Shown piece after piece: positions 1 through 11,868 of a DNA stretch of 64,000 bases. Made by a program: the position numbers and the translations under genes. Within the stretch, counting starts at the first letter, position 1; every line of letters begins with the position of its first letter. Under the pieces are notes generated by a model. It was given only the letters and a program-made list of their open reading frames with translations. It had not been told where the DNA came from and ran no database searches. The stretch is from Escherichia coli. GTDB lineage: Bacteria > Pseudomonadota > Gammaproteobacteria > Enterobacterales > Enterobacteriaceae. The stretch is taken from the NCBI RefSeq assembly GCF_044324875.1, contig NZ_CP172185.1; one strand, 5' to 3'.

Positions 1-522
1 ACTGGCCATCGCCAGTAAAATAGAACCTAACGCGCCGACCCAGGTCAGCGGCGCGCTGCGCTGTTGATCTTCCATCGCTCGCGCCAGGTGACGTTGGGTG
101 ACGTGGGAGATTTCGTGCGCCATAACTGAAGCCAGTTGGCTTTCGTTATCGGAATAACGGAACAGGGCAGAGTGCAGTACCACGTTGCCGCCAAAGAAAG
201 CAAAGGCGTTAATTTCGTCGTTGTTGATCAGAAAAAAATGAAACGGTGTCTTAACCGAATTGGCATGCGAAACCAGACGCATTCCTAGTGAATTAATGTA
301 CTGCGTTAATAGTGGATCATTAATTAACGGCGCGCTGCCGCGTAGCTGGCGGACATAATAGTCGCCCATCTGCATTTCCTGACCAATGGAAAGCGTGCTT
401 CCTGCGGAGGTTCCCATATCCGGCAAGGTGTCTGCACTATCGGCAAACGCCGGGGCTACCTGACCAATGGTCATGGCAGCAATGAGGGTTGCAACCAGGT
501 TTTTTTTCAACTGCCTGAACAT
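1..522 (-). CDS. bepA: Periplasmic M48 metalloprotease/chaperone BepA (YfgC), N-terminal ~174 codons; 3' end lies beyond the window start
   Basis: Minus-strand frame from ATG at 522 reads [27 protein letters not shown] (signal peptide) and contains [10 protein letters not shown] (HExxH zinc motif); frame stays open to base 1, so it is absent from the ORF track. Confidence 0.85.
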   Translation of the reverse strand, partial: MFRQLKKNLVATLIAAMTIGQVAPAFADSADTLPDMGTSAGSTLSIGQEMQMGDYYVRQLRGSAPLINDPLLTQYINSLGMRLVSHANSVKTPFHFFLINNDEINAFAFFGGNVVLHSALFRYSDNESQLASVMAHEISHVTQRHLARAMEDQQRSAPLTWVGALGSILLAMAS

Positions 523-734
523 AACCTCTATCCTGTATTTCTGGAGATAGTCATTTGACCGATACTGTGAAATATCGTTCCCACCGCGCCGCCTTTGAGT
601 GTAACGGCGAAGATTAGTCCACTCAAATGACTTTTCAGTTTCCTGAATCCGTCATAAAAAGCGAAGTCTTTTTTGTGACATTTCGATACAATTGCGGATC
701 GCAATCCCGCTCTTGAGGTTCAGGGAAGGTCTTT

Positions 735-1796
735 ATGCTCGAAATGTTGATGCAATGGTATCGCCGCCGTTTTAGCGACCCGGAAGCGATTGCCTTGCTG
801 GTTATTTTAGTTGCCGGATTTGGCATTATCTTTTTCTTTAGTGGCCTGCTTGCTCCGCTGTTGGTGGCTATTGTGCTGGCCTATTTGCTGGAATGGCCAA
901 CCGTGCGCCTGCAATCTATTGGCTGCTCCCGCCGCTGGGCGACGTCGATTGTATTGGTGGTTTTCGTCGGTATATTGCTACTGATGGCGTTCGTGGTACT
1001 GCCTATCGCCTGGCAGCAGGGCATCTACTTAATCCGCGATATGCCGGGGATGCTCAATAAGCTTTCTGACTTTGCCGCCACGTTGCCGCGCCGCTATCCG
1101 GCGTTAATGGATGCGGGCATTATTGATGCAATGGCCGAAAATATGCGCAGTCGGATGCTGACCATGGGCGATTCGGTGGTGAAAATTTCCCTCGCCTCGC
1201 TGGTCGGTTTGCTGACCATAGCCGTCTATCTGGTGCTGGTGCCATTGATGGTCTTCTTCCTGCTGAAAGACAAAGAGCAGATGCTGAACGCCGTTCGTCG
1301 GGTGCTACCGCGTAACCGCGGACTGGCAGGACAGGTGTGGAAGGAGATGAATCAACAAATCACCAACTATATCCGCGGCAAAGTGCTGGAGATGATCGTG
1401 GTGGGGATCGCCACCTGGCTGGGATTCTTACTCTTCGGGCTGAACTATTCGCTGCTGCTGGCTGTGCTGGTCGGCTTCTCGGTACTTATTCCGTACATTG
1501 GCGCATTTGTGGTGACCATTCCGGTGGTTGGCGTGGCGCTATTCCAGTTTGGTGCTGGCACGGAATTCTGGAGCTGCTTCGCGGTGTATCTGATCATTCA
1601 GGCGCTGGACGGCAACCTGTTAGTACCTGTGTTGTTCTCCGAAGCGGTTAACCTGCATCCGCTGGTCATTATTTTATCAGTAGTGATCTTCGGTGGTTTG
1701 TGGGGATTCTGGGGCGTATTCTTCGCCATTCCATTGGCGACGCTGATCAAAGCCGTGATTCACGCCTGGCCCGATGGGCAAATCGTGCAAGAATAA
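735..1796 (+). CDS. perM: AI-2E family inner membrane permease PerM (YfgO)
   Basis: 353 aa ORF, hydrophobic multi-helix protein, ATG start, matches known PerM length and sequence. Confidence 0.93.
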   Translation: MLEMLMQWYRRRFSDPEAIALLVILVAGFGIIFFFSGLLAPLLVAIVLAYLLEWPTVRLQSIGCSRRWATSIVLVVFVGILLLMAFVVLPIAWQQGIYLIRDMPGMLNKLSDFAATLPRRYPALMDAGIIDAMAENMRSRMLTMGDSVVKISLASLVGLLTIAVYLVLVPLMVFFLLKDKEQMLNAVRRVLPRNRGLAGQVWKEMNQQITNYIRGKVLEMIVVGIATWLGFLLFGLNYSLLLAVLVGFSVLIPYIGAFVVTIPVVGVALFQFGAGTEFWSCFAVYLIIQALDGNLLVPVLFSEAVNLHPLVIILSVVIFGGLWGFWGVFFAIPLATLIKAVIHAWPDGQIVQE

Positions 1797-1800
1797 TCTT

Positions 1801-1834
1801 CAGCCCGACGAACTGTTTCGCCGGGCTGATTTTT
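1801..1834 (+). terminator. Rho-independent terminator after perM (shared 3' region with convergent focB)
   Basis: 12-bp stem cagcccgacgaa/ttcgccgggctg (one mismatch), 4-nt loop, followed by T-run. Confidence 0.6.
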
Positions 1835-2681
1835 AGGGTTCCTGACGTAAATAAATAGCCCGATAACAAATACTCACCAGCACTGCACCGCCGATAATAT
1901 TACCCAGCATCACCGGGAGCAGATTGGCGGTAATAAAATGGCTGACCGTCAGTGCCGGAAAATGGTCTGCGCTACTGTGCGCCAGTTGCCAGAAGGTGGT
2001 AGGGGCGAAATGGCGAATGGCAATGGCGAACGGAATCACAAACAAATTGGCGATACAGTGCTCAAAACCACTGGCGACAAACAGGGTGATGGGCAAAATC
2101 ATGGCGACGATTTTGTCGCATAACGAACGTCCGCAATAACTCATCCACAGCGCCAGACAAACCATCAGATTGCACATAATGCCGAGGCTGACTGATTCAG
2201 TAAATGTATGATGCATTTTGCCCTCGGCGCAGTGTAAAACCGCGACTCCCCACATCGCGTTTTCACTCATCACCAGCCCGGAAAACCAGGTTAACAAACT
2301 GAAACAGGCAATACCTGCCAGATTACCGCAGGCCACCAGAAGTGCATTAATCAGCCAAGTTCGCCAACTAATAACGCCCCGACTTTTTGCCATTACCGTC
2401 ATTACCGACGAGGTGAACAGGTTGGTGCCGCAAACCGCCAGCAAAATAAAGCCAAGTGTAAAGCAAAGGCCGCCCACCAGATGGGTTAATGCCTGTGAAG
2501 ACGGGGCATCGGCGATAACGGAAAGGTAAAAAGTAAATCCGATCGCCATAAACATGCCAGCGGACATCGCCATTAAAAAGACCGACACTTTACTGCGGGC
2601 AATTTTATGGGCGGCAATCCGTTCAGCGATTGCCGCTTTTCTGGCGCTCAACTGCAAGTCGAAAGAGAGTTTGTTTCTCAT
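1833..2681 (-). CDS. focB: Formate channel FocB (formate/nitrite transporter family)
   Basis: 282 aa membrane ORF immediately downstream of hyfR on the same strand; matches known FocB. Confidence 0.93.
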   Translation of the reverse strand: MRNKLSFDLQLSARKAAIAERIAAHKIARSKVSVFLMAMSAGMFMAIGFTFYLSVIADAPSSQALTHLVGGLCFTLGFILLAVCGTNLFTSSVMTVMAKSRGVISWRTWLINALLVACGNLAGIACFSLLTWFSGLVMSENAMWGVAVLHCAEGKMHHTFTESVSLGIMCNLMVCLALWMSYCGRSLCDKIVAMILPITLFVASGFEHCIANLFVIPFAIAIRHFAPTTFWQLAHSSADHFPALTVSHFITANLLPVMLGNIIGGAVLVSICYRAIYLRQEP

Positions 2682-2702
2682 GCATACTCCTGCAAAAACA
2701 GA

Positions 2703-4715
2703 TTACAACACCTCGCGAACCGAGATCCCCAGCCGCTGCATTCGTGACAGCAGCGTGGTGCGCTTCATCCCTAATCGCGTCGCCGCGCCACGGGGCCCGG
2801 CAACAATGCCATTGGTTTCTCGCAATACCTGAACAATGCGCTGACGTTCTTCTTCGTCATTCTCTGGCGTCGTCGGGTGCAGCAATTGCGCCATTGAACT
2901 GCGAAGCGCTGAATCTTCATTTAGCGTCGGCAGTAAACGGCTTTGTCGGACATTAAGATGTAAATTCAGACTGTTACCGCGAGTCAGTAGTACCGCTCGC
3001 TCAATCACGTTTTCCAGCTCGCGCACGTTGCCCGGCCAGTCCCACGACATCAACTGGCGTAGCGCCTCGGTCGGGATGGCGTCAATTGCGCGATTCATAT
3101 GGCGCGCCATTTTTTGCGTGAAATGCTTTGCTAAAAGAGGGATATCTTCCGGACGGTCGCGCAGCGGCGGCAATTCCAGTGGGAAGACATTCAGGCGATA
3201 AAAGAGATCGCTGCGAAACTGGCGATCTTCAACCATTTGCCACAAATCACGGTTGGTGGCGGCAATGACTCTGACATTTACCGGGATCGTTCTACTCCCG
3301 CCGAGACGCTCAATCTCCCGTTCCTGCAATACGCGCAGCAGTTTAGGCTGAAGTTCTAACGGCAGATCGCCAATTTCATCGAGAAACAACGTGCCGCCAT
3401 CGGCAATTTCAAAACGACCACGATGGGTATTAATCGCACCAGTAAACGCCCCTTTGTCATGACCGAATAACTCACTTTCCAGAAGACTGGCGGGGATGGC
3501 AGCGCAGTTGATTTTGACCAGTGGCTTGTCGCGTCGTGGGCTAAGTTGATGGATCGCTCTGGCGATCACCTCTTTGCCGGTTCCGGTTTCACCACAAATC
3601 AACACCGTACTGTCGCTCTTCGCCACAATATCTACCTGCTGGAGCAAATCTTCCATTGCCTGGCTTTGATAGATAATGTCACCGACGCCCAGATTCGAAA
3701 GGAGCTGCTCGCTAAGCTGGTGGTTTTCTTGCTGCAAGCTTTCCTGCAAATCGGTCATGCTGCGCCAGGCATCGGCATTGCCAACGGCAATAGCGATGCG
3801 ATCGGCAATATGTTGTAGTAGCTGGCAGTTTTCCTCACTAAAGAGAGTGGAAGAGGTATGCGCCAGCAACAATGCGCCCGGTGTATGGTTGCCAAAGGTG
3901 AGCGGTATAAGGAGCGCAGATTCGCAGCCGTTAGATGCAAGTAAGTGTAATAACGGGTCGCGTTGCCAGAGAAACAGATCGTCTGCACGGTGCGTCAAGG
4001 TCGGTTGTCGGGTTTGTAGCGTTTGTGTCAGCAATACACTTTCGCCAGGCATACAGCGTGGCAGACACGCACAATGTGAGGCAGAAAGATCGCTGCACCA
4101 CAGGCTGAACTTCTCGTTCTTTCGATGATCGCCCAGTACCATACTGACTGAAGCCAGACCGAAAAAATGATGGATCTCACGAGCGACGTCAGCGATCAGA
4201 TCGTCGAGATCAAGATGTGACAGCACTGCATTAGTGATATCCACCAGTACCCGATGATGATCGCGATCTTTCTCCAGCAAACGCAGCGCCACCTGTTGTT
4301 CTTCATCATTGAGCCATGATTGCAGAACCGGGGTGATAATGCGTGCCAGCCAGTTAAACAGTGTGCAATCCTGGGGAGTAAAACGCCTGCCGTGGGTACG
4401 AATAAAGCGTAGCTCCGCCATTCCACTACTGCCGAGAAGGACGGCGTGACGCGAATAATCGACCATCTCGCCCTGATACTCTGTTGTTGCCGTCACATCG
4501 CTGCCATCATCATGGTAGCGGTAATAGAAGTTGCTTTTGAGAACATGCAGTTCAATAAGTTGTACCGGGCTGAACGGCGGCGGCAGCGGGATGAAGGCGC
4601 GTAATAAAGACGCCTTGCCGTGTTTCTGCGCTAACCGCTCCGCGAGCATTCCGTTTACCGCTTCAATTGTTATTCCTTGCGGCGGGGCAAACATCGCCTC
4701 GTCTGACATAGCCAT
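2703..4715 (-). CDS. hyfR: Sigma-54-dependent transcriptional activator of the hyf operon (FhlA-like)
   Basis: Contains GETGTGKE Walker A and GAFTGA sigma-54 contact motif, C-terminal HTH; ATG at 4715 gives 670 aa (track ORF begins one codon earlier at a TTG). Confidence 0.93.
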   Translation of the reverse strand: MAMSDEAMFAPPQGITIEAVNGMLAERLAQKHGKASLLRAFIPLPPPFSPVQLIELHVLKSNFYYRYHDDGSDVTATTEYQGEMVDYSRHAVLLGSSGMAELRFIRTHGRRFTPQDCTLFNWLARIITPVLQSWLNDEEQQVALRLLEKDRDHHRVLVDITNAVLSHLDLDDLIADVAREIHHFFGLASVSMVLGDHRKNEKFSLWCSDLSASHCACLPRCMPGESVLLTQTLQTRQPTLTHRADDLFLWQRDPLLHLLASNGCESALLIPLTFGNHTPGALLLAHTSSTLFSEENCQLLQHIADRIAIAVGNADAWRSMTDLQESLQQENHQLSEQLLSNLGVGDIIYQSQAMEDLLQQVDIVAKSDSTVLICGETGTGKEVIARAIHQLSPRRDKPLVKINCAAIPASLLESELFGHDKGAFTGAINTHRGRFEIADGGTLFLDEIGDLPLELQPKLLRVLQEREIERLGGSRTIPVNVRVIAATNRDLWQMVEDRQFRSDLFYRLNVFPLELPPLRDRPEDIPLLAKHFTQKMARHMNRAIDAIPTEALRQLMSWDWPGNVRELENVIERAVLLTRGNSLNLHLNVRQSRLLPTLNEDSALRSSMAQLLHPTTPENDEEERQRIVQVLRETNGIVAGPRGAATRLGMKRTTLLSRMQRLGISVREVL

Positions 4716-4744
4716 CAACAGTCCTTATTAATGAGAAATCCTTC

Positions 4745-5158
4745 TCACGCAATTTTTCTGGCCATCAGATAGATGGCCGGTTCCTGCACAATTTCATCCA
4801 ACAGATGAATGAATTGAATGCTACGCGCCTGCCACGCCGACGTCGCGTCATCTGCCAGTGGCGCGAATGCCCGGGTCAACAGGGCGGTGTGGCTGGCGTC
4901 AATAACAATCTCACCAAAAGTCATCACCCCCAGCATCTTACGTCGGGCTTGCTCCTCTTCGACCAGTGCAAGCCAATCTTCGTATTCCGTCAGTGGGCAG
5001 CGGAAGGCGACATTCAGACAATCAATCACGCCAACGTGATGGCCGATAGCCAACGAGTAATACATTACCTGGGAGCTGTGTTCCGGCATCTCGTCGCTAC
5101 TGGCGATAAATTTTTTTCGCAGCGTCCAGAAAACAATTTCCCTGCACTCCTCAGCCAT
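4745..5158 (-). CDS. hyfJ: Hydrogenase-4 maturation/assembly protein (HycH-like)
   Basis: 137 aa ORF, last gene of hyf structural cluster before hyfR. Confidence 0.9.
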   Translation of the reverse strand: MAEECREIVFWTLRKKFIASSDEMPEHSSQVMYYSLAIGHHVGVIDCLNVAFRCPLTEYEDWLALVEEEQARRKMLGVMTFGEIVIDASHTALLTRAFAPLADDATSAWQARSIQFIHLLDEIVQEPAIYLMARKIA

Positions 5159-5909
5159 GTAACCCCCGGAGAACGCGAAAGAGTTGCTGAACGATACTAT
5201 TGAGACGCGGATCGTCGGCTTCGCGCAACCAGGTGTTAACCCGATTTCCTGTGGGATCGTCGCTTAAATGGCGCAGGAGTCGATCGCAAATTTCTCGCCC
5301 TTGACGATAGCCCGCCAGCCGCCTCGCTTCTCGCTCAATGGCGATACGCTGTGATGGCGGGATCTGCGGCCACAGCGGTTGCATGGTCACCCCGGTGGGA
5401 TCGCGATAATCCACCGCGTGAATCTTCTGTTGCAGCAAACCGAGCGCCACGGCGAAACCGTGAATGGTGGCGGCCGGTGTTGGCGGGCAGCCGGGGATCC
5501 AAACATCAATGGGGACAATGGTGTCGCTGCCGCCCCAGACGCTGTAGAGATCGTGGAAAATACCGCCGCCGACACCGCACGCGCCGTAGGAAACACAGAT
5601 TTTATGATCGGGGGCAGACTCATACGCCCGAAGTGCAGGCATACGCATCGCCCGGGTGACTGCGCCAGTAAATAACAAAATATCGGCGTGACGCGGTGAT
5701 GAAACAACCTTAATGCCAAAACGTTCTGCGTCGAATACTGGTGTGATGGCGGCAAAAATTTCGATTTCGCAGGCGTTGCAGCCGCCGCAATCGACGCGAT
5801 AAACGTAGGCCGAGCGACGGATATCCTGTAACAAATGCTGCTTCATCTTTTGCGTTTGCTCGTCCAGCGTGATGGGCTGGCTGACATGTTGCGTAAGCAC
5901 TGGACTCAT
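5151..5909 (-). CDS. hyfI: Hydrogenase-4 small subunit (NuoB-like, Fe-S)
   Basis: 252 aa ORF with conserved cysteine ligands (CGGCN, GCPP); overlaps hyfJ start by 8 nt. Confidence 0.93.
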   Translation of the reverse strand: MSPVLTQHVSQPITLDEQTQKMKQHLLQDIRRSAYVYRVDCGGCNACEIEIFAAITPVFDAERFGIKVVSSPRHADILLFTGAVTRAMRMPALRAYESAPDHKICVSYGACGVGGGIFHDLYSVWGGSDTIVPIDVWIPGCPPTPAATIHGFAVALGLLQQKIHAVDYRDPTGVTMQPLWPQIPPSQRIAIEREARRLAGYRQGREICDRLLRHLSDDPTGNRVNTWLREADDPRLNSIVQQLFRVLRGLHG

Positions 5910-6451
5910 AGCTGCTCCTTAGCCACCAGCGGTTCATCTGTGTCGTCGTTGATCAGCGTCGCGCGTTGTTTGCATTCCGGGCAGACGCTCGCTTGCGCCC
6001 GTAACATTTCGCGGTTTTGTGGCGCATTTTGTTGCTGTGCCAACAGTTCTGCAGCCAGTACGACGGTTTTTTGCGGGGCAAACGGGCGTTCGCAACGGCT
6101 GCAACGTTGTAGATGGAACGTCGCGCGGGTATAGAGATCGGCTTTATTGGTGACGGTCAGTTCAAAGTTATTGGTAAGCTGAATGGCTCTGGTCGGGCAC
6201 ACTTCTTCACAACGTCCGCAGTAAATACAACGCCCCAGATAGAGCTGCCAGGTGCGCGTATTTTGCTGGTCGTCGGTCTGGATAGTCAGCGCATTTGCCG
6301 GACAAGCACAGGCGCAGGCACCGCAGGCAATACATTGGCTGGGCATCAGGTCCGGTTTCCCGCGAAAGCCTGGGCTGACTTCCAGTGGTGCGAAGGGATA
6401 TTTCACCGTCGCGGTTCCGGCGCGCATAATAGTTTTCAGTAACTTCAGCAT
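5906..6451 (-). CDS. hyfH: Hydrogenase-4 ferredoxin-like subunit (2x 4Fe-4S)
   Basis: 181 aa; two CxxCxxCxxxCP motifs ([24 protein letters not shown]). Confidence 0.93.
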   Translation of the reverse strand: MLKLLKTIMRAGTATVKYPFAPLEVSPGFRGKPDLMPSQCIACGACACACPANALTIQTDDQQNTRTWQLYLGRCIYCGRCEEVCPTRAIQLTNNFELTVTNKADLYTRATFHLQRCSRCERPFAPQKTVVLAAELLAQQQNAPQNREMLRAQASVCPECKQRATLINDDTDEPLVAKEQL

Positions 6452-6460
6452 CTTCTGTCC

Positions 6461-8176
6461 TTACTTCAGCGGCGAACGGTTACGATCAATGCCGTAGCGT
6501 TCGATCTCTTTATACGGCACGGTTTTTGACTGGCGCTTGCGCACATCAACCAGCGTCACACGGTCGGTACAGGAGTAGCAGGGATCAAGGCTACCGATAA
6601 TCAGCGGTGCGTCAGAAACGGTATTGCCGCGCAGCATGTAACGCAGCACTGGCCAGTTGGCGTAGGTGGCGGCACGACAGCGCCAGCGGAACAATTTTTG
6701 GTTATCACCGAGCATGCTCCAGTGCACGTCTTCACCACGTGGCGCTTCAACAAAGCCCAGCGCGAATGCGTGAGGTTTATAGCTAAAGCCTTCGGTCAGC
6801 AGTGGGGTATCTGGCATGTTGTCGAGGGCAAATTCCAGCATTGCCAGCGAATCAAACGTCTCTTTGACACGGACCATCACGCGGGAGAAGACATCGCCGC
6901 CGGTAAAGGTAAACAGCGTTTTGGGAATATTGCCGTAGTCGGCGTAGGGGTGATCAAAGCGCAAATCACGGGCAAAACCACTGCCGCGGATCAGCGGCCC
7001 TACGGGGCTATAATCACGGGCGATTTGTCGGTCGAGAATGCCAATGCCCTGAGTGCGTTGTTCCATATTCGGCGTGGCAAGCAGCATCTCTACCAGCTCC
7101 GACACGTCAGCGCGCATCTCGCGCACTAGTTTCAGCGTTTGCAGACGTTGCTCTTTGAGAATATCGCGGCGAACACCACCAATCAGATTCAGACCGTAGG
7201 TTTTACGCGACCCGGTCAGCAATTCCGCCATCGTCATCGACTTTTCCCGCACGCGGAAAAATTGCATAAAGCCGGTATCAAATCCAACAAAATGGCAGGA
7301 GAGGCCAAGGTTGAGCAAATGACTATGCAGCCGTTCGACTTCCAGCAGAATCGAGCGAATAGTATGCGCTCGTTGCGGCACCTCAATCCCCAGTGCATTT
7401 TCAACCGAGTTGGTATAGGCCACACTGTGGGCAAAACCGCAAATCCCACACACGCGGTCGGATAAGAAGGTCACTTCGTTGTAGCCCATCCGCGTTTCTG
7501 CCAGTTTCTCCATGCCGCGATGGACATAAAACAGGCGGTAATCAGCATCGACAATTTGCTCGCCATCCACAAACAAGCGGAAGTGACCTGGTTCATCGGA
7601 GGTGATATGCAGCGGGCCGACAGGGATAACCCGCGCATCGCTGTTGCCCTCGTTGATAAACGGATACGTTTCGGTATCAGTCGTCGGTTCTGGGCGCAGT
7701 CGATAATCCATCGCGTCTTTGCGCAGCGGATGCATATCTTCCGGCCAGTCATCGGGCAACACCAGCCGACGCTGATCCGGCAGGCCAACCGGAATCAGCC
7801 CGTACATATCGCGAATTTCTCGCTCGCCCCAGACCGCGGCAGGGACGCGCGGTGTGACTGACGGAAACTCCCGACTGTCGGCATCGACCAGTGCCTTCAC
7901 CACGATCCAGCATTTTTCGGCCCCTTCCATAGAAAGGGCATAATAAACCGCGTAATGACCGTTAAGTGTCCGCTCGTCGTTGCCAAACAGGACTGGAAGC
8001 CAGCCATCATGTTGATAATAAAGATAATGCACAACGTCAGGCAGCAGATTGATTTTCACCGTAATGGTGACCTGTTCAGGCGTTTGTCGCTCTTCATCCA
8101 GCACCGCGCCGGGGAACTGCGTTTTCAGGGCGGCGAGAATCGCTTCGCCACGATTTGACGATGAATTAACGTTCAC
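6461..8176 (-). CDS. hyfG: Hydrogenase-4 [NiFe] large catalytic subunit
   Basis: N-terminal [11 protein letters not shown] and C-terminal DPCYSCTDR nickel-ligand motifs; chosen start is GTG at 8176 (MNVNSSS...) preceded by GGAG SD; the track ORF extends to an ATG at 8221 that lacks an SD. Confidence 0.88.
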   Translation of the reverse strand: MNVNSSSNRGEAILAALKTQFPGAVLDEERQTPEQVTITVKINLLPDVVHYLYYQHDGWLPVLFGNDERTLNGHYAVYYALSMEGAEKCWIVVKALVDADSREFPSVTPRVPAAVWGEREIRDMYGLIPVGLPDQRRLVLPDDWPEDMHPLRKDAMDYRLRPEPTTDTETYPFINEGNSDARVIPVGPLHITSDEPGHFRLFVDGEQIVDADYRLFYVHRGMEKLAETRMGYNEVTFLSDRVCGICGFAHSVAYTNSVENALGIEVPQRAHTIRSILLEVERLHSHLLNLGLSCHFVGFDTGFMQFFRVREKSMTMAELLTGSRKTYGLNLIGGVRRDILKEQRLQTLKLVREMRADVSELVEMLLATPNMEQRTQGIGILDRQIARDYSPVGPLIRGSGFARDLRFDHPYADYGNIPKTLFTFTGGDVFSRVMVRVKETFDSLAMLEFALDNMPDTPLLTEGFSYKPHAFALGFVEAPRGEDVHWSMLGDNQKLFRWRCRAATYANWPVLRYMLRGNTVSDAPLIIGSLDPCYSCTDRVTLVDVRKRQSKTVPYKEIERYGIDRNRSPLK

Positions 8177-9746
8177 TGTGTTTCTCCGAAACAGATGCGG
8201 TGCCTGAAGGCAAAAAATCATGCCAGGTGCTACGTTGTGCAGGCAGGTCGTGCGTCCCTGAGAGGACTATAGTGGAAGCGCCCGCCAGGATCCTGATGAC
8301 AGGTTGTGGAATATGCGTTCCCATCGCCAGCATCATGACCAGCAGAATCACCATTGGCGAGGTGGTCAACCAGCCAAGTTCACCCCGGTTAACGGCCTGC
8401 GGCGGTTTCGCCATTAACACCCGCGCAGCCATCCGTACCAGGCCCGCCAGCACCAGCGTTAACAGAAATAACAGCAGGACGATAAGCAGCAGATGATTAC
8501 GCGCCAGTCCGGCGGTAACGGTCATAAATTCGCTAAGAAAAATGTTGAAGGGCGGCATCCCGGCCAGCGCCAGCGCACCGCCGCCAAACAACACGGCGGT
8601 AAATGGCATGATTTTGAGCATCCCACAGACGACGTTGAGATCGCGCGTGCCGTACTTGAGCAGTACATTGCCGGAACCGCAGAACAACAGCGTTTTTGCC
8701 AGACTGTGGTTTAAGGTGTGCAGCAGCGCGGCAAAAATTCCCAGCGGCCCGCCAATGCCTAACGCCACCGCGACCAGTCCCATGTTCTCCACGCTGGAGT
8801 ACGCCAGCAGACGCTTAATGTCCCGCTGTACCAGAATGAAAAATGCCGCCACGGCAACCGACAACATGCCGAAGATGAGCAACAACCGGTTGGGGAAATC
8901 GCTGCCGATGGCCTGGCAAATAATGATGTAATAGCGAATCAGCACCAACAGCGCGCAGTTCAGCAATACGGCGGAGAGCAGGGCGCTGACCGGACTCGGC
9001 GCTTCACTGTGAGCATCTGGCAGCCAGGCGTGCATGGGGAATAGCCCGGTTTTAGTGCCAAAGCCAATTAGCACGAACACAAAGGCCAACAGCATTAATG
9101 TTGGGTCAAGCAAGGACGATTGCTTAAGAACCTCGCTCCAGAATATCGCCATTTCTGCCTGCGGCATAACGCTGGCGGCGTTGGCGTATACCAGCACGGT
9201 ACCGAACAGACCAAAAGCGACACCAACAGTACAAATAATGATGTACTTCCATGCAGCTTCCAGCGATGAACGCTGACCGTAAATGCCTACCAGAAACGCC
9301 GAGCTTAAGGTGGTGGCTTCGATCGCCGCCCACATCACAATAAGGTTATTGCTGGTGACAACCAGCAGCATGGTGAACAAAAACAGATGGAAGAAACCGT
9401 AGTAATCGCACAGCGTAACGGGTGAAAGCTCGCCGTGTGCCACTTCATGACGCATGTAGCCAATCGAGTAAACACCGGTGAGAAAGCCAATCACACCAAG
9501 AATGGCGAGGAACAAACCGCCCAGACCATCAATGTGAAGCCACAGTCCCGCAGCGAATATTTCTCCCGCATCAGCGGCAGTTTGGACCACCCACAGTGCC
9601 AGAATCAGCAGCAGTGTGATCCCTAAGCCATGTAGTACTGTCACCGTGCGAGTCGCAGAGTGTCCCCGTTTCCGGCAGGCAAAACAGAGCAGCGAAAAAA
9701 GCAGCGGCGTGAGCAGGAGTAAAGCGAACATCACAGAATAACTCAT
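8166..9746 (-). CDS. hyfF: Hydrogenase-4 membrane subunit, complex I antiporter-like (NuoL/M/N family)
   Basis: 526 aa polytopic membrane ORF, matches HyfF. Confidence 0.93.
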   Translation of the reverse strand: MSYSVMFALLLLTPLLFSLLCFACRKRGHSATRTVTVLHGLGITLLLILALWVVQTAADAGEIFAAGLWLHIDGLGGLFLAILGVIGFLTGVYSIGYMRHEVAHGELSPVTLCDYYGFFHLFLFTMLLVVTSNNLIVMWAAIEATTLSSAFLVGIYGQRSSLEAAWKYIIICTVGVAFGLFGTVLVYANAASVMPQAEMAIFWSEVLKQSSLLDPTLMLLAFVFVLIGFGTKTGLFPMHAWLPDAHSEAPSPVSALLSAVLLNCALLVLIRYYIIICQAIGSDFPNRLLLIFGMLSVAVAAFFILVQRDIKRLLAYSSVENMGLVAVALGIGGPLGIFAALLHTLNHSLAKTLLFCGSGNVLLKYGTRDLNVVCGMLKIMPFTAVLFGGGALALAGMPPFNIFLSEFMTVTAGLARNHLLLIVLLLFLLTLVLAGLVRMAARVLMAKPPQAVNRGELGWLTTSPMVILLVMMLAMGTHIPQPVIRILAGASTIVLSGTHDLPAQRSTWHDFLPSGTASVSEKHSER

Positions 9747-9750
9747 TTCA

Positions 9751-10401
9751 TTATCCCTTCAGCGCGGTCAAGTTGTTCACGTCCAGCGTGCCGTGGGTAC
9801 GCCATATTTTTCTTGCCAGTAACACCATTACAATGACGGCGAAGATGGCGTCGGTAGCGATACCAATTTCCACCAGTTCCGGTGCACGCCAGGCTAGAAG
9901 CGCCAGCACCAGATGGGAGCCGTTTTCCATCAGGCAGTAACCAAAAATTTGCCGCAGGATATTGCGCTGGCTGACAATGCACAGCAGGCCAAGCAGAAAA
10001 TGACCTAACGCCACCGCCAGCGCCGGTTTCAGCCCGGTAGCCATCGGTAGCTTCACGGGCTGAACGACAAATGCGCAAAGCAGGACAATTAACGCCGCGA
10101 GCAGTGTCATCATTGCCGGACCGAATAACGCTTTTTCCGGGATGTTCTGGGGAATATTTCGTGCAGCGTAAGTCATGATTAACGGTACCAGCAGCACTTT
10201 GGTGATAAAGGCGCTGGCGGACCAGATCAGCAGTTGCTCTGCGGCGAACAGGCACGAGAGGGTGGCGAAAATAGACACCAGCACCAGCGACTGGCAGGCG
10301 TAAAATCCGCATGACAGGCGATAGCTTTTGACGCTAATCACAAACAGCGATGTCAGCATCATCAGTCCCGCCAGATTATTTACGATCATAGAACCGGTCA
10401 T
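9751..10401 (-). CDS. hyfE: Hydrogenase-4 membrane subunit
   Basis: 216 aa hydrophobic ORF in conserved position. Confidence 0.9.
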   Translation of the reverse strand: MTGSMIVNNLAGLMMLTSLFVISVKSYRLSCGFYACQSLVLVSIFATLSCLFAAEQLLIWSASAFITKVLLVPLIMTYAARNIPQNIPEKALFGPAMMTLLAALIVLLCAFVVQPVKLPMATGLKPALAVALGHFLLGLLCIVSQRNILRQIFGYCLMENGSHLVLALLAWRAPELVEIGIATDAIFAVIVMVLLARKIWRTHGTLDVNNLTALKG

Positions 10402-10412
10402 TCATCATCTCC

Positions 10413-11852
10413 TTACTGCAACCAGGTCGCGGCGATTACGCTGGAAATCAGCGACATCACAATCAGTACAATCAACACCAGGCGCATTGATCCTGGCAGC
10501 GGTGCGGCATCGGCGACGGCCTCGCTCGGTTTGCCAGGCACGACGCGACCAAACCAGCGAATAAACCAGGCGAAACTGGCGACCGATTCAATCATCAGCA
10601 GAATTATGGCGGGCAGCAGGATCCAGTACTCCACTGACAACGCAAAACCGGCGGCAAACAGCGGGAATTTACTGAAGAAGCCGTTGAACGGCGGTACGCC
10701 GGTAATCGCCAGCGCTGCCACGCAGAACCCCACGCCTGGCAACGGCAGGGTGTGCAATACGCCACGCAGACGCGGCAACAGGCGCGTGCCGCAGCTGTAA
10801 CTCAGCGCACCTGCTACAAGGAAAAACAGGCTTTTAGCGAACGCGTGGTTGACGATGTAGGCGATGCTGCCCTCCAGTGCCAGCCGCGAGCCGAAGATGG
10901 AGAGCGACAAGCCGAAGAACATCCAGCCAAGTTGAGTGATGGTCGACCAGGCCAGCAACCGCTTCATATCCTGCTGTGGCAAATACATCAGGAAGCCATA
11001 AAGAATGGTGACCAGTGCCATGACCATGCCAACGCCGCCAATCACATGCGGGATATTGCCGCCGTCGATAATGGCGCGGGCAAAAATGTAAACGCCCACT
11101 TTCACCATCGATGCGGCGTGGAGATAGGCGCTGATCGGTGTTGGCGCTTCCATTGCATCCGGTAGCCACGCTTGCATCGGTAGCTGGGCCGATTTCCCCC
11201 ACGCGGCAAACAGGATGCCGCCATAAACCAGATAACGTGCGTCGCCGTGTAACTCGCTCATCGCGCTGAGCGCAAACGTTCCGGTCTGCAAAAACAGCGT
11301 GGCGGCGGCAAGATACAACCCCAGCGAACCGATATGAGTGATAAGCAACGCTTTTAGTGCTGAACGCTGCGCTTTATCGCTCTGGTAATAACTGATCAAC
11401 GCCCAGGAGCAGCCGCCCGTAATTTCAAAAAACAACAACTGACCGAGCAGCGTCGAGGAGAGTACCAGTCCCGCCATCGCGCCGATAAAAACCAGCAAAA
11501 ATGCGTAATAACGATTCGTGCCGTTATGCGGGTGTTCGCGATTTTTATCCGTCAGATAACCCGTGGAGTAGATCGTGACCAGCAAACCGAGGAACACCAC
11601 CACAAACAGAATCAGCGTACTCACGCGATCAATGACCAGGCCAAACAACGCCACATCCCCTACGTTGACCAACGTCAACGTGACGGCAACTTTATCGGCC
11701 TGATAAAACGCGGAGATCAGCGACAACATGCACAGCGTGGTCAGCGCGGCGAACAAAACCCCCCATTCGGCGGCCCGACGTTGTGGCGAAAACGAAACGA
11801 CCAGTGCGCCGATAAAAGGCAGCAATAACGTCGTCAGAGCAAGATTTTCCAT
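10413..11852 (-). CDS. hyfD: Hydrogenase-4 membrane subunit, antiporter-like (NuoM/N family)
   Basis: 479 aa polytopic ORF, matches HyfD. Confidence 0.93.
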   Translation of the reverse strand: MENLALTTLLLPFIGALVVSFSPQRRAAEWGVLFAALTTLCMLSLISAFYQADKVAVTLTLVNVGDVALFGLVIDRVSTLILFVVVFLGLLVTIYSTGYLTDKNREHPHNGTNRYYAFLLVFIGAMAGLVLSSTLLGQLLFFEITGGCSWALISYYQSDKAQRSALKALLITHIGSLGLYLAAATLFLQTGTFALSAMSELHGDARYLVYGGILFAAWGKSAQLPMQAWLPDAMEAPTPISAYLHAASMVKVGVYIFARAIIDGGNIPHVIGGVGMVMALVTILYGFLMYLPQQDMKRLLAWSTITQLGWMFFGLSLSIFGSRLALEGSIAYIVNHAFAKSLFFLVAGALSYSCGTRLLPRLRGVLHTLPLPGVGFCVAALAITGVPPFNGFFSKFPLFAAGFALSVEYWILLPAIILLMIESVASFAWFIRWFGRVVPGKPSEAVADAAPLPGSMRLVLIVLIVMSLISSVIAATWLQ

Positions 11853-11868
11853 ATTCCGTCAGTGCTCC

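Noticed and set aside
635-826. 63-aa minus-strand ORF in the bepA-perM divergent region
   Set aside because: Overlaps the perM start and promoter region; no SD; likely chance ORF.
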